From positions 46,721 to 110,720 of the forward strand of contig CAZCQP010000001.1 in NCBI GenBank assembly GCA_964500895.1: a stretch of 64,000 bases of DNA. Direction: 5' to 3'. Shown here piece after piece: positions 55,425 to 64,000 of the stretch. The notes under the pieces are model-generated. The model was not told where the DNA came from, ran no database searches, and was given only the letters and a program-made list of their open reading frames with translations. This stretch comes from an uncultured Eubacteriales bacterium (GTDB lineage: Bacteria; Bacillota; Clostridia; Lachnospirales; JAISER01). Each line of letters begins with the position of its first letter. Positions within the stretch are counted from its first letter, which is position 1. The translations under genes and the position numbers were made by a program.

Positions 55425-55931
55425 ATGACACCTATCAACACGCCCCAACCCGGTTTTACAATACGGTTTGCAGAAAAGCAGGACGCCGAATTGATTACCG
55501 ACTACATACGGGCACTGGCTGCATTTGAAGATGAGCTTAAATTTGTGTCCGTGACACCAGAGCTGCTTGAACACAATGTGTTTGAAGCAAAACATGCCGA
55601 AGTGCTCATTGGTGAGTTTGAAGGAAAGCCGGTGGGTTTTGCGTTGTTCCATGCCACCTTTTCCACCTTTTTAGGAAAGCCCGGCATTGGGCTGGTGGAC
55701 TTGTATATAGAGCCCCATGTACGTGGCAGAGGTTTCGGGAAAGCGATGCTGGCCTATTTGGCCAAGCTGACCGTCGAAAGAAATTGCGGCAGGCTGGAAT
55801 GGTGGTGCCACGACTGGAACGCCCATGCCATCAAGCTATATAAGGGCTGGGGGGCGTACCCCATTGACAACATTCGTGTGTACCGGCTGTGCGACCAAGC
55901 ACTTTTAGATTTTGCTAAAACTATTGAATGA
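55425..55931 (+). CDS. GNAT-family N-acetyltransferase
   Basis: Acetyl-CoA binding core LYIEPHVRGRGFGKAMLAYL. ATG behind AAGGGAG. Confidence 0.8.
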   Translation: MTPINTPQPGFTIRFAEKQDAELITDYIRALAAFEDELKFVSVTPELLEHNVFEAKHAEVLIGEFEGKPVGFALFHATFSTFLGKPGIGLVDLYIEPHVRGRGFGKAMLAYLAKLTVERNCGRLEWWCHDWNAHAIKLYKGWGAYPIDNIRVYRLCDQALLDFAKTIE

Positions 55932-55965
55932 ATATCCATTAACGAAAGATGAAAGGAATGGAAAA

Positions 55966-56979
55966 ATGAAGCATGTGACGGTTATCGGCTCTGGCAGCTG
56001 GGGTACGGCACTAAGCCTTTTGCTGCACAATAACGGCCACAAGGTATGTATATGGTCTTTTAGCCCAGAGGAAGCAGCGCAAATTAATGAAACCCATGAA
56101 AACAAAGCCTTTTTACCCGGTGTGCACATTCCTGGGGAAATTGTGGTCACCACAGATAAGGCCAAGGCTATGGCGGAAGCAGAAGCAGTGGTTTGTGCTG
56201 TACCTTCCGCTTTCATGCGGCAGACCATGACAGAGTTTGCACCTTTTTTTACGGACAAGCACACGCTCATTAGCGTGTCCAAAGGCTTTGACAAGACAAA
56301 GCGGGTGCGTCTGTCTGAAGTGCTGACAGAACTGGCACCCCAAAGCCGGGTGGCGGTTTTATCTGGCCCAAGCCATGCGGAAGAAGTGTCTAAAGGCATT
56401 CCCACCACTTGTGTGGCCGCCGCAGTCTGCCCAGAAACCGCCCGGTATGTGCAGGACTTATTCATGAGCGATGTGTTCCGGGTGTATACCAACAAGGACA
56501 TCATTGGTGTTGAACTGGGTGGCGCATTAAAGAACGTGATTGCATTGGTGGCTGGCATTTCCGACGGCCTGGGCTTTGGCGACAACACCAAAGCCGCCCT
56601 TATGACCCGTGGCATGGCGGAAATGGCACGGCTGGGGGTTGCCATGGGTGCGGACCCCTTTACCTTTAGCGGCTTATCCGGCATTGGGGATTTAATTGTA
56701 ACCTGTACCAGTATGCACAGCCGCAACCGCCGGGCCGGTATGCTCATTGGGGAGGGCCATAGCCTGGAGGAAACGCTGAAAGAAGTGCGCATGGTGGTGG
56801 AAGGGGTTAACATGGCCACCATTGCTTACGAACTGTCTCAAGCTTATCATGTGTCTATGCCCATTGCCACAGAGGTGTACAAGGTGCTCTTTGAAGGCAA
56901 ACCTTTAAAGGAAGGCGTGCAAGACCTTATGACCAGAGATAAAACCACCGAAAACGTCACGGAATATGCTTTTGAATAA
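55966..56979 (+). CDS. gpsA: NAD(P)H-dependent glycerol-3-phosphate dehydrogenase
   Basis: Rossmann motif VIGSGSWGTAL, plus GALKNVIA and GDLIVTCTS. Start trimmed to MKHVTV. Confidence 0.95.
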   Translation: MKHVTVIGSGSWGTALSLLLHNNGHKVCIWSFSPEEAAQINETHENKAFLPGVHIPGEIVVTTDKAKAMAEAEAVVCAVPSAFMRQTMTEFAPFFTDKHTLISVSKGFDKTKRVRLSEVLTELAPQSRVAVLSGPSHAEEVSKGIPTTCVAAAVCPETARYVQDLFMSDVFRVYTNKDIIGVELGGALKNVIALVAGISDGLGFGDNTKAALMTRGMAEMARLGVAMGADPFTFSGLSGIGDLIVTCTSMHSRNRRAGMLIGEGHSLEETLKEVRMVVEGVNMATIAYELSQAYHVSMPIATEVYKVLFEGKPLKEGVQDLMTRDKTTENVTEYAFE

Positions 56980-57014
56980 AATGGCGGTATTTCCAATGTA
57001 TGGGCGAAAAAAGA

Positions 57015-57043
57015 TTGACGAAAATATAAAATATTTATATAAT
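57015..57043 (+). promoter_or_regulatory. sigma-A type promoter for secDF
   Basis: TTGACG, 17 nt spacer, TATAAT. Leaves a leader of about 135 nt. Confidence 0.6.
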
Positions 57044-57054
57044 AACGGGGTTCG

Positions 57055-57080
57055 CTAGGGCGTGTTTGAAACACTGCCTA
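57055..57080. repeat. palindromic element, copy 2 (contiguous form)
   Basis: CTAGGGCGTGTTTGAAACACTGCCTA is the reverse complement of the two arms at 2221..2232 and 2260..2273. Confidence 0.7.
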
Positions 57081-57185
57081 AGACATGGCGTTCACGTGTG
57101 AAACATGGGAAGCGCTTGGGACTGTGCCTGAAAAACAGCCGGCAGCCAAAGTGCTTCAAGCATTCGGAAGGAGGAATTTAGCGCA

Positions 57186-59327
57186 ATGAAATCTCCAAAA
57201 AGCGCACTGACACTGGCTGTGTTTGTGGCCATTGCTGCCCTGCTGTGCTATGCAGCTTACGCCGGTGTGGGCGAGAAAAAACAATTAGGTGTAGAAAACA
57301 TCAAGCTGGGCCTGGACTTAAAGGGTGGTGTGAACATTGTTTTCGAGGCAGATAAGGAAGACCCCTCTTCTGCCGAAATGAAAACTGCCATTTCGTTGCT
57401 CCGTGGACGTTTGGACAGAAAAGGCGAAACAGAGTCTGAAGTGACCATTCAAGGAAACAACCGCATCCGTGTGGACATTCCTGGTTACCAGGACGCAGAA
57501 GAAGCAGTGAACACCATCGGCCAAACGGCACAGCTTTTTTTTGCGGATGAACAAGGCAATGTGATCTTGGACGGCACCATGGTGAAAAATGCCGTTGCAG
57601 GCACTCAAAAAAATCAGGTTGGCCTAACCGTCAATGCGGTAAACCTGGAGTTTACCGACGAGGGTGCGGTATTGTTTGAAGAAGCCACCGGCAACAATGT
57701 GGGCAAACCCATTTACATTTTGCTGGATAATGATATTTTAAGCGCACCCGTGGTTAACCAAAAGATTAGCGGCGGTAAATGCTACATTGAAAGCAATAAC
57801 ATGGATGCCAAAGAAGCAAACGAACTGGCAGAGCTTATTAAAGCTGGTTCCTTGCCCTTCGACCTTAAAGTGTTAAGCATGACCAACGTAGGCGCACGGT
57901 TGGGTGCAAATGCGCTGGAAACAAGCATCAAAGCCGGACTTATCGGCTTTGCCCTTATTCTGCTTTTAATGCTTTTTGTGTACAAGCTGTCCGGTTTGGC
58001 AGCAGACTTGGCCCTGTTCATTTATTTAGGGCTGGATTTAGTGATTTTAAGCCTTTTTGGCATTACATTAACACTGCCCGGTATTGCTGGTATTGTATTG
58101 TCCGTGGGTATGGCAGTGGATGCTAACATTATTATTTTCGAGCGTATGAAAGACGAACTGGCTTCCGGCAAAACATTACGGGCCAGCTGTGAAGCCGGGT
58201 TTAAACGGGCATTACCGGCCATCATCGACAGCAACATCACCACCATCATTGCTGCCATTATTTTATTCTGGTTAGGCACAGGCCCGGTTAAAGGCTTTGC
58301 GCAAACATTGGGTATTGGTATTGTCATTTCCATGTTCACAGCCATTATTGTTACCAGAACCATTTTAAAAAGCATCATCGGCATGGGCGTAACCAATGTG
58401 GGCTTGTTCGGCGGAAAGCTGGAAAGCGCAGAAGTGAAAGAGCCCAAGATTAAAATTGCATCAAAGAGAAAACTGTACTTTATGATTTCCGGAATTGCCA
58501 TTGCTGCTGGTTGTGTGTTCATGTTTATAAACATGTCCTCCGGCAAAGGCGCCTTTGACTACGATGTGGAATTTACCGGTGGCACGGAAATGACCGTGGA
58601 CATTGGCCAAGCATTTGAAAACAGTGACATTACAACGTTAATTACAGAAGCTGTTAGTGATGCAGCACCCCAGGTGCAAAAAGTGGTGGGCACCAACCAA
58701 GTGTCTATTAAAATGAAGTCTTTGGATTCTGAAGGCCGCACAGCGGTGATGGATGCCTTAAAAGCAAAATATGGCATAGACGAATCTGTGATCTCTGTGG
58801 CAGACATTAGTGCCGCCATCAGTTCCGAAATGAAAACCACTGCGGTCCTAGCTGTGGTTGTGGCCTGCATTGCCATGCTGATTTATATTTCTCTGCGGTT
58901 TAAAGACATCCGCACAGGGGGCAGTGCCATTATCGCCCTAGTACATGACTCTTTGCTGGTTATATTGGCTTATGCGGTATTCCGCATTCCGCTTAGCTAC
59001 TCCTTCATTGCGGTTATGCTTACCATTTTGGGTTACTCCATTAACGCCACCATTGTTATCTTCGACCGTGTGCGGGAAAACAGAAAGCGTATTTCCCAGC
59101 GCAATCTGGAAGCACTGGTGGACACCAGCATTAACCAAACCTTTAAGCGGTGTATTTATACGTCCCTGGCTGTGCTAATTATGGCTGGTTGCTTGTATGC
59201 CTTTGGGGTTACGTCCATTAAAGACTTTACCCTTCCCATCATTGTTGGGGTTGTTTGGGGCACTTATTCCTCCATCTTCATTTCCGGCTCGGTTTATTAC
59301 GTGCTGTCTAAACCTAAAACAAAATAA
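57186..59327 (+). CDS. secDF: fused protein-export membrane protein SecDF
   Basis: 713 aa. SecD half (periplasmic domain plus six TM segments, GMAVDANIIIFER) and SecF half (GYSINATIVIFDRVREN). Confidence 0.93.
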   Translation: MKSPKSALTLAVFVAIAALLCYAAYAGVGEKKQLGVENIKLGLDLKGGVNIVFEADKEDPSSAEMKTAISLLRGRLDRKGETESEVTIQGNNRIRVDIPGYQDAEEAVNTIGQTAQLFFADEQGNVILDGTMVKNAVAGTQKNQVGLTVNAVNLEFTDEGAVLFEEATGNNVGKPIYILLDNDILSAPVVNQKISGGKCYIESNNMDAKEANELAELIKAGSLPFDLKVLSMTNVGARLGANALETSIKAGLIGFALILLLMLFVYKLSGLAADLALFIYLGLDLVILSLFGITLTLPGIAGIVLSVGMAVDANIIIFERMKDELASGKTLRASCEAGFKRALPAIIDSNITTIIAAIILFWLGTGPVKGFAQTLGIGIVISMFTAIIVTRTILKSIIGMGVTNVGLFGGKLESAEVKEPKIKIASKRKLYFMISGIAIAAGCVFMFINMSSGKGAFDYDVEFTGGTEMTVDIGQAFENSDITTLITEAVSDAAPQVQKVVGTNQVSIKMKSLDSEGRTAVMDALKAKYGIDESVISVADISAAISSEMKTTAVLAVVVACIAMLIYISLRFKDIRTGGSAIIALVHDSLLVILAYAVFRIPLSYSFIAVMLTILGYSINATIVIFDRVRENRKRISQRNLEALVDTSINQTFKRCIYTSLAVLIMAGCLYAFGVTSIKDFTLPIIVGVVWGTYSSIFISGSVYYVLSKPKTK

Positions 59328-59340
59328 GCACGACAAAGGA

Positions 59341-59485
59341 CCATGGGAAACTTTTTCGAGAAAAAGTTTCCCAAACCCTTCAAAAAGCTTTCTTTTAGAA
59401 ATGCCGCAAGTGCGGCATTTCTGTGAAATTCTTTGCTTCTTTCTTATAAGAAAGAAGTGGGGTTCGGGGCAAAGCCCCGAGGTTT
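59341..59485. repeat. four-hairpin intergenic repeat element, copy 2 (inverted relative to copy 1)
   Basis: See 34416..34555. Hairpins: GGGAAACTTTTTCGAGAAAAAGTTTCCC, AATGCCGCAAGTGCGGCATT, CTTCTTTCTTATAAGAAAGAAG and CGGGGCAAAGCCCCG. Confidence 0.85.
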
Positions 59486-59505
59486 TCCTTCATTATCGAC
59501 AGCCT

Positions 59506-59544
59506 AAAAGGGCCTTAACCAACTGTGTTGGTTAAGGCCCTTTT
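59506..59544. terminator. bidirectional intrinsic terminator
   Basis: AAAAGGGCCTTAACCAAC-TGTG-TTGGTTAAGGCCCTTTT, between convergent genes. Confidence 0.85.
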
Positions 59545-59562
59545 AGTTTGCATGAGTAATTA

Positions 59563-60321
59563 TTATAAAGTAATGTGCATGTCTGCACCAAGCCCTTCAT
59601 GGGTTGTACCTTCATGCTCCTCCGAAATGCCAGCGCTAACCACTTCTACCTGGTCTATGCGGCCATGGTCTAAGCGGTGTACAACCAAATGCAGCCCGTC
59701 AATTTCCAGCATGTCGCCTTCGGAAATGGTGCTCTTTTGGTTTTTAATGCAGCTTTCCATCAACGAACTGAGTGTATCTGTTAAGCGGGCAGATATATGA
59801 AAGCCCACCATTTCCGACAATTTAGAAACCAGTGTCTCGCCCGATAATATTTTGCCCGCTACCGCTGATACTGGGCTGTTCTTATCAGGCTTCTTAATGT
59901 TCTTTCGGTCGGCTACCAATAAGTTACGGTCCATTTTATGCGCCCATTTTCTAATGCCGAAAAGAACGGCTATGGCTACAATGCCAAACAATAAGTCGGA
60001 CATGGGGGTGCCATGGCTGGTGATGATGCTTCTAGCAATTGCAAATATCAACACTTCAATGGTGCTGCCCGGAGTGTTGTTGGCAATCATTTTCACCAAC
60101 TCTAGGGCAATAACCAGTTCCAGCGAACGGCTTAAAAAGGTTTGCATAAAAAACGGGTCTTCTTCTGTGAAAAATGCTTGAAAAATTTTTAAAATGTCAA
60201 AAACAATGTTCACTGAAAATACGGCAATGGCAATAATAATCAAAATGGATATGTAAACCTCTAGCCCGCCGCTCAAGTTAATTATTTTTCTTCTCATTTT
60301 ACCCACATTCATTTTTAGCAT
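59563..60321 (-). CDS. PsiE-like membrane domain fused to a CorC_HlyC (transporter-associated) domain
   Basis: The N-terminal half resembles PsiE (ALELVKMI..EVLIFAIARSIITSHGTPMSDLL). The C-terminal 80 aa fit CorC_HlyC (ILSGETLVSKLSEMVGF..ISEGDMLEIDGLHLVVHRLDHGRIDQVEV). Start trimmed to MLKMNVG behind AAAGGAG. Confidence 0.65.
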   Translation of the reverse strand: MLKMNVGKMRRKIINLSGGLEVYISILIIIAIAVFSVNIVFDILKIFQAFFTEEDPFFMQTFLSRSLELVIALELVKMIANNTPGSTIEVLIFAIARSIITSHGTPMSDLLFGIVAIAVLFGIRKWAHKMDRNLLVADRKNIKKPDKNSPVSAVAGKILSGETLVSKLSEMVGFHISARLTDTLSSLMESCIKNQKSTISEGDMLEIDGLHLVVHRLDHGRIDQVEVVSAGISEEHEGTTHEGLGADMHITL

Positions 60322-60346
60322 AGTATACGCTCCTTTAACCATTTGT

Positions 60347-61282
60347 TTACGTAGTATTTCTTGGGTTTAAGCCTGTGCCGATAAGGGTGAATACCCCGTC
60401 CATGGTGTATGCATATGGCGTTATATCAACAGTGTTTGCCACGATGTTCACTAAAAAAGTACCTTCGGGTAAATTGGCAAAACCTTTCCCCCGAATCACG
60501 TCCCCGTAGCTGCCGCCTACAATTTCACCGACAAAAGCTTGTAATACATCCATGTCTTCAAAAGGAGCCACTTCCATGCTTAACGTTTCATAAGCCGTGT
60601 GGATGTTTTTTTTGGCCGTGTAAGCTTTACCCACGCACGAGCCCAAGCGCCGACGGCCGGACAGGGTCAATTCGGCGGGCTGGTAAGGGGTCACGTCTAA
60701 AATATCATCCAAGACCTGGGTTGAAAATGCATCCCAAGGCATATTCACAATGCCAATTTGGGGGTTGATGTTTTTAATGTCGCACAAGGTTTCTTCAACA
60801 GCTGCCCCAGGCATTTGAACTTTGCTTAAAATAACAAGCCCGGCATTGCGGATTTGGTTTTCCATAAAATATGAAGCCCCCCTGTAAAGCTTGGGAAACG
60901 TCACAGCATCTACAATGCAAATGCAATGGTCCACCTTGCAACGGTCTTTAAACGCATCGCCTTTTAAAAAAGCAAAAAAATCTGAAAACACAAAAACACC
61001 CGACGGCTCAAAAACGATTCTGTCAGGCTTCACTTTTTCAATAATGTCTTTCAAAACCTCAACAAATTCTGTACGGAGCGAACAACAAATGCAGCCGTTT
61101 GTTAGTTCGTAAACGGCGCATTGTTCATTTTCCATTAACAAACCGTCTATCCCTTGCTGTCCAAATTCATTCACCACATAAACGGTGCGTTGTCCTTTGT
61201 CCATATAATGCTTCAACATGGTTTGAATAAAGGTGGTTTTACCGGCCCCTAAAAACCCGGAAACAATGTCTATGTTTACCAT
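60347..61282 (-). CDS. COG0523-family G3E GTPase (CobW/ZigA/YeiR-like metallochaperone)
   Basis: P-loop GFLGAGKTT, metal motif GCICCS and a CobW-C-like end. ATG behind AAGGAGG. Confidence 0.88.
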   Translation of the reverse strand: MVNIDIVSGFLGAGKTTFIQTMLKHYMDKGQRTVYVVNEFGQQGIDGLLMENEQCAVYELTNGCICCSLRTEFVEVLKDIIEKVKPDRIVFEPSGVFVFSDFFAFLKGDAFKDRCKVDHCICIVDAVTFPKLYRGASYFMENQIRNAGLVILSKVQMPGAAVEETLCDIKNINPQIGIVNMPWDAFSTQVLDDILDVTPYQPAELTLSGRRRLGSCVGKAYTAKKNIHTAYETLSMEVAPFEDMDVLQAFVGEIVGGSYGDVIRGKGFANLPEGTFLVNIVANTVDITPYAYTMDGVFTLIGTGLNPRNTT

Positions 61283-61340
61283 AACTACCTCCTTAAAGCA
61301 CACCCCAAAATATACACACCATTTTGTAGTATTTTATTAC

Positions 61341-61369
61341 ATTATAATATATAACCCTAAAAATTTCAA
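61341..61369 (-). promoter_or_regulatory. sigma-A type promoter for the COG0523 operon
   Basis: Minus-strand read: TTGAAA, 17 nt spacer, TATAAT. Confidence 0.55.
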
Positions 61370-61388
61370 TATGCATATTCCCCCTTCA

Positions 61389-61416
61389 TTGACAAAACAA
61401 AAAACCATGGTATGCT
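61389..61416 (+). promoter_or_regulatory. sigma-A type promoter for the aminotransferase gene
   Basis: TTGACA, 16 nt spacer, TATGCT. Confidence 0.45.
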
Positions 61417-61436
61417 TTAAGCAAGGAGGGATTTTC

Positions 61437-62558
61437 GTGAAAATTAAAAATTTTGGCGTTGAAATGTATATGAACGCCTATGAAGATGGGTGTACCTATA
61501 ACTTGGCAGAAACTTGCGTCTGTCCGTTAACCGTGGAAGAACTGCTGGAACTGGCTGGGGAAAAGGAAACAGCGCTGGGTGAACTGCTCAAAACACGCTT
61601 AACCTATGGTTATATTGAAGGCAGACCGGCTTTGCGGCAGGCCATTGCTTCTTTATACCAAAACATGTGTGAAAAAAACATCACCACCACCCACGGAGGT
61701 ATCGGTGCCAATGCCTTGGTGCTGCAAACGCTGGTTGAACCCGGTGACGTGGTTGTTTCTGTTATTCCCACCTACCAGCAGCTCTATTCTATCCCGGAAA
61801 GTTATGGTGCCACCGTCAAACTGCTACCGTTAAACATGGAAAACCGTTTTTTGCCGGATGAACAATTGCTTGAAAGCTACATGAGCAAAGACGTCAAATT
61901 GGTGTGCCTGAACAACCCCAACAACCCATCAGGGGCTGTAATGGATGAAGCCAAACTTCGGCGCATTGTAGACATTGTAAAACCTTACGGCGCTTACATT
62001 TTATGTGACGAGGCGTATAGAGGGTTGACCCATGAAGGCAACCACTTAACCCCGTCTATTGTAGATGTTTATGAAAAAGGTATAGCCACAGCCACCATGT
62101 CTAAAACTTTTTCACTGGCTGGGCTTCGGTTGGGCTGGATTGCCGCACAGGAACACATGATTGAACGCATCAGCAAGCAACGGGACTATTCCACCATCAG
62201 CTGCGGCATCATTGATGAATTTTTCGCCGCCATCGCTTTAAAAAACAAAGCCAAAATTTTTGAAAGAAACCTTCAAATTGTGCGCAGGAACAAAGCCATT
62301 TTAGACGATTGGGTCAACCATGAGCCTGCTTTTTCCTATATTCCGCCACAGGGTGGCACCACAGCTTTTCTGAAGATGCATGTGGATATGCCTTCGGAAG
62401 CCTTTTGTTTAAAGCTTTTGCAGGAAACAGGGGTATTGCTTTTGCCCGGCAGTGCCATGGACATGGAAGGCTTTGTGCGCATTGGATATGCCTTTGAAAC
62501 AGAAGTGTTAAGCACAGGTTTGGAGAAAGTGTCCCAATTTGCAGCAAAGCTTTTATAA
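61437..62558 (+). CDS. class I/II PLP-dependent aminotransferase
   Basis: GTG start behind AAGGAGGG. NNPNNPSG and PLP-lysine context TMSKTFSLAGLRLGW. Confidence 0.85.
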   Translation: MKIKNFGVEMYMNAYEDGCTYNLAETCVCPLTVEELLELAGEKETALGELLKTRLTYGYIEGRPALRQAIASLYQNMCEKNITTTHGGIGANALVLQTLVEPGDVVVSVIPTYQQLYSIPESYGATVKLLPLNMENRFLPDEQLLESYMSKDVKLVCLNNPNNPSGAVMDEAKLRRIVDIVKPYGAYILCDEAYRGLTHEGNHLTPSIVDVYEKGIATATMSKTFSLAGLRLGWIAAQEHMIERISKQRDYSTISCGIIDEFFAAIALKNKAKIFERNLQIVRRNKAILDDWVNHEPAFSYIPPQGGTTAFLKMHVDMPSEAFCLKLLQETGVLLLPGSAMDMEGFVRIGYAFETEVLSTGLEKVSQFAAKLL

Positions 62559-62687
62559 CACTATGTACAAATATAATTATTAGTGAAAATAACACTTGAA
62601 TATTTTCAGTCTTTCATATAGTATGATTTACAGCTTTACCTTTAAAAAGTGCAAATACAACAATTTTTGTCAGGGGTGATGTAAATT

Positions 62688-63785
62688 GTGAGTGCGTTAC
62701 GGGAACGCAACAAAAAGCTGTGCGCTTTACTTCGGAAGGCGGGGTTCCACAAAGCCGTTATAGGCGACCCAATGGCCATTTTGTACTTAACTGGCCATCA
62801 TGTAATTCCTTACGAGCGGTTCTATGGCTTGGTTGTAGATGCAGAGGAAGAAACGCTGGTCATGGTTAACCCCAGTGTGGACACCGGCTGTATGTGCGGC
62901 GATGTGCCGGAAAGAACTTATCTGGACGACGACGGCCCTTTTGCCCAGCTAAAGGAAGCCGTGGGCAACTGCCATAAGCTGGCCGTTGAAACACGGTACT
63001 TTACCATGGCCACCGGGCAAATGTTTGATCTTCTGGGCTGCCCCTATGCAGACATTGGCCATTGTGTGGCCCAATTGCGCATGTATAAGGACGAAGCCGA
63101 AGTAGCCTACATAGCATTTGCAGCACAAATTGTAGATGAAGCACTGGCGTATGTATCCGACAAAATTGTAGTGGGTATGACAGAAAAAGAGCTGAATATG
63201 ATGCTTTTTTCTTTTATGTCTAAATACCCAGGCTTTATTAGCAACGAATTTATTATTTTAGTGCTGGCCGGGCCAAATTCGGCCAATCCCCATGGGTCTT
63301 CGGGAGACTACGCCTTCAAGCGGGGAGATATCATCCTATTAGATTTCTGCGCTTATTACAACTACTACTGGTCGGACATTACCCGCTGCCTGTTTGTGGG
63401 GGAAGTGGGCAACCCCGTGCTGGAGGACATTTACAACATTGTGCTAAAAGCCAATTTAGCCGCCATTAACGCTGTGAAGCCTGGTGTAGCCGCCAAAGAT
63501 GTGGACCATGCCGCTAGAAGCGTGATTGAGCAGGCAGGCTATGGCAAACATTTTATCCACCGCACAGGCCACGGGCTGGGGTTAAGCGTCCATGAAGAGC
63601 CTTATATCACGGGTAATAACGGTTTAATTTTGGAAGAAGGCATGACCTTTACCATTGAGCCGGGCATTTATCTGGAAGGCATTGGCGGCGTGCGCATCGA
63701 AGATGATATTTTAGTCACCAATGATGGCTGCCGCATCTTAACCAAAACCACCAAAGATTTAGCACGGCATATTCTTACACTCTAA
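62688..63785 (+). CDS. M24-family Xaa-Pro aminopeptidase/dipeptidase
   Basis: Metal ligands in DFCAYYNYYWSDITR, HRTGHGLGLSVHE, TIEPGIY and VRIEDD. Confidence 0.9.
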   Translation: MSALRERNKKLCALLRKAGFHKAVIGDPMAILYLTGHHVIPYERFYGLVVDAEEETLVMVNPSVDTGCMCGDVPERTYLDDDGPFAQLKEAVGNCHKLAVETRYFTMATGQMFDLLGCPYADIGHCVAQLRMYKDEAEVAYIAFAAQIVDEALAYVSDKIVVGMTEKELNMMLFSFMSKYPGFISNEFIILVLAGPNSANPHGSSGDYAFKRGDIILLDFCAYYNYYWSDITRCLFVGEVGNPVLEDIYNIVLKANLAAINAVKPGVAAKDVDHAARSVIEQAGYGKHFIHRTGHGLGLSVHEEPYITGNNGLILEEGMTFTIEPGIYLEGIGGVRIEDDILVTNDGCRILTKTTKDLARHILTL

Positions 63786-63803
63786 TTAAAGGAGATTTCG
63801 CAT

Positions 63804-64000
63804 ATGACTGAAACGCATAACAATCAAGTAAGCATTTGGAAAAATCTTGGACCTTTAGTGGTATTGTTTATCGGTGGAGCATTTGTGTACACCTTGCCTT
63901 ATTTCCGCTACTATTACTATGATGCATTTGTGCTGCACTTTAATTTAAACAACACCCAAATGGGTATGTTGGGCAGTGCTTACGGCTTTTTAGCGATGAT
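63804..64000 (+). CDS. membrane transporter, probably MFS (N-terminal fragment, runs off window)
   Basis: ATG behind AAAGGAG. Own translation: MTETHNNQVSIWKNLGPLVVLFIGGAFVYTLPYFRYYYYDAFVLHFNLNNTQMGMLGSAYGFLAM. Confidence 0.5.
   Translation, partial: MTETHNNQVSIWKNLGPLVVLFIGGAFVYTLPYFRYYYYDAFVLHFNLNNTQMGMLGSAYGFLAM

Noticed and set aside
55905-56822. A 305-aa ORF antisense to gpsA.
   Set aside because: It overlaps a gene with unmistakable GpsA motifs throughout. Its composition is a low-complexity Ser/Ala/Thr mirror of the sense strand.
1-64000. CRISPR arrays, rRNA genes, transposases or integrases, prophage genes and toxin-antitoxin pairs.
   Set aside because: None were recognised. The only tandem repeats are coding (GH18 gene). 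No recombinase-like ORF appears in the six-frame track.

Overview
This is a chromosomal segment from a flagellated, Spo0A-bearing Gram-positive anaerobe. It looks Clostridia-like and is about 50% G+C by eye. No database search was possible, so every call rests on reading the ORF translations and the DNA. About 60 CDS and one tRNA-Asp are supported.

Housekeeping blocks:
- Rrf2 regulator, nifS and iscU
- pstSCAB, phoU and phoPR, preceded by a phased Pho-box array
- secG, rnr and hpf
- rnhB, ylqGH-like genes, yraN, pgeF, DUF512, der, plsY, gpsA and secDF

Accessory or unusual content:
- A motility island with two divergent flagellins, an MCP, a 1061-aa FliK-C-like protein and fliS
- A Spo0A-family gene whose phospho-acceptor Asp is Glu
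- A 7-gene frl-like (kinase plus SIS deglycase plus ABC importer) operon that ends in an MttB-superfamily methyltransferase, plus a second orphan MttB gene
- A two-component system whose own promoter shares one conserved block with the promoters of two downstream secreted Gly/Cys-rich proteins. This is the best candidate for an undescribed module.
- An AT-rich three-gene island of unknown function that includes a Sel1-repeat protein
- A cluster of a His8-tailed protein, DUF3842, CooT and a small membrane protein, sitting behind a promoter followed by a terminator-like leader
- A COG0523 GTPase paired with a PsiE-CorC fusion protein

Two repeat families were found by eye. One is a 140-145 bp four-hairpin intergenic element present in two inverted copies. 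The other is a 26-nt palindromic element shared by two 5' leaders.
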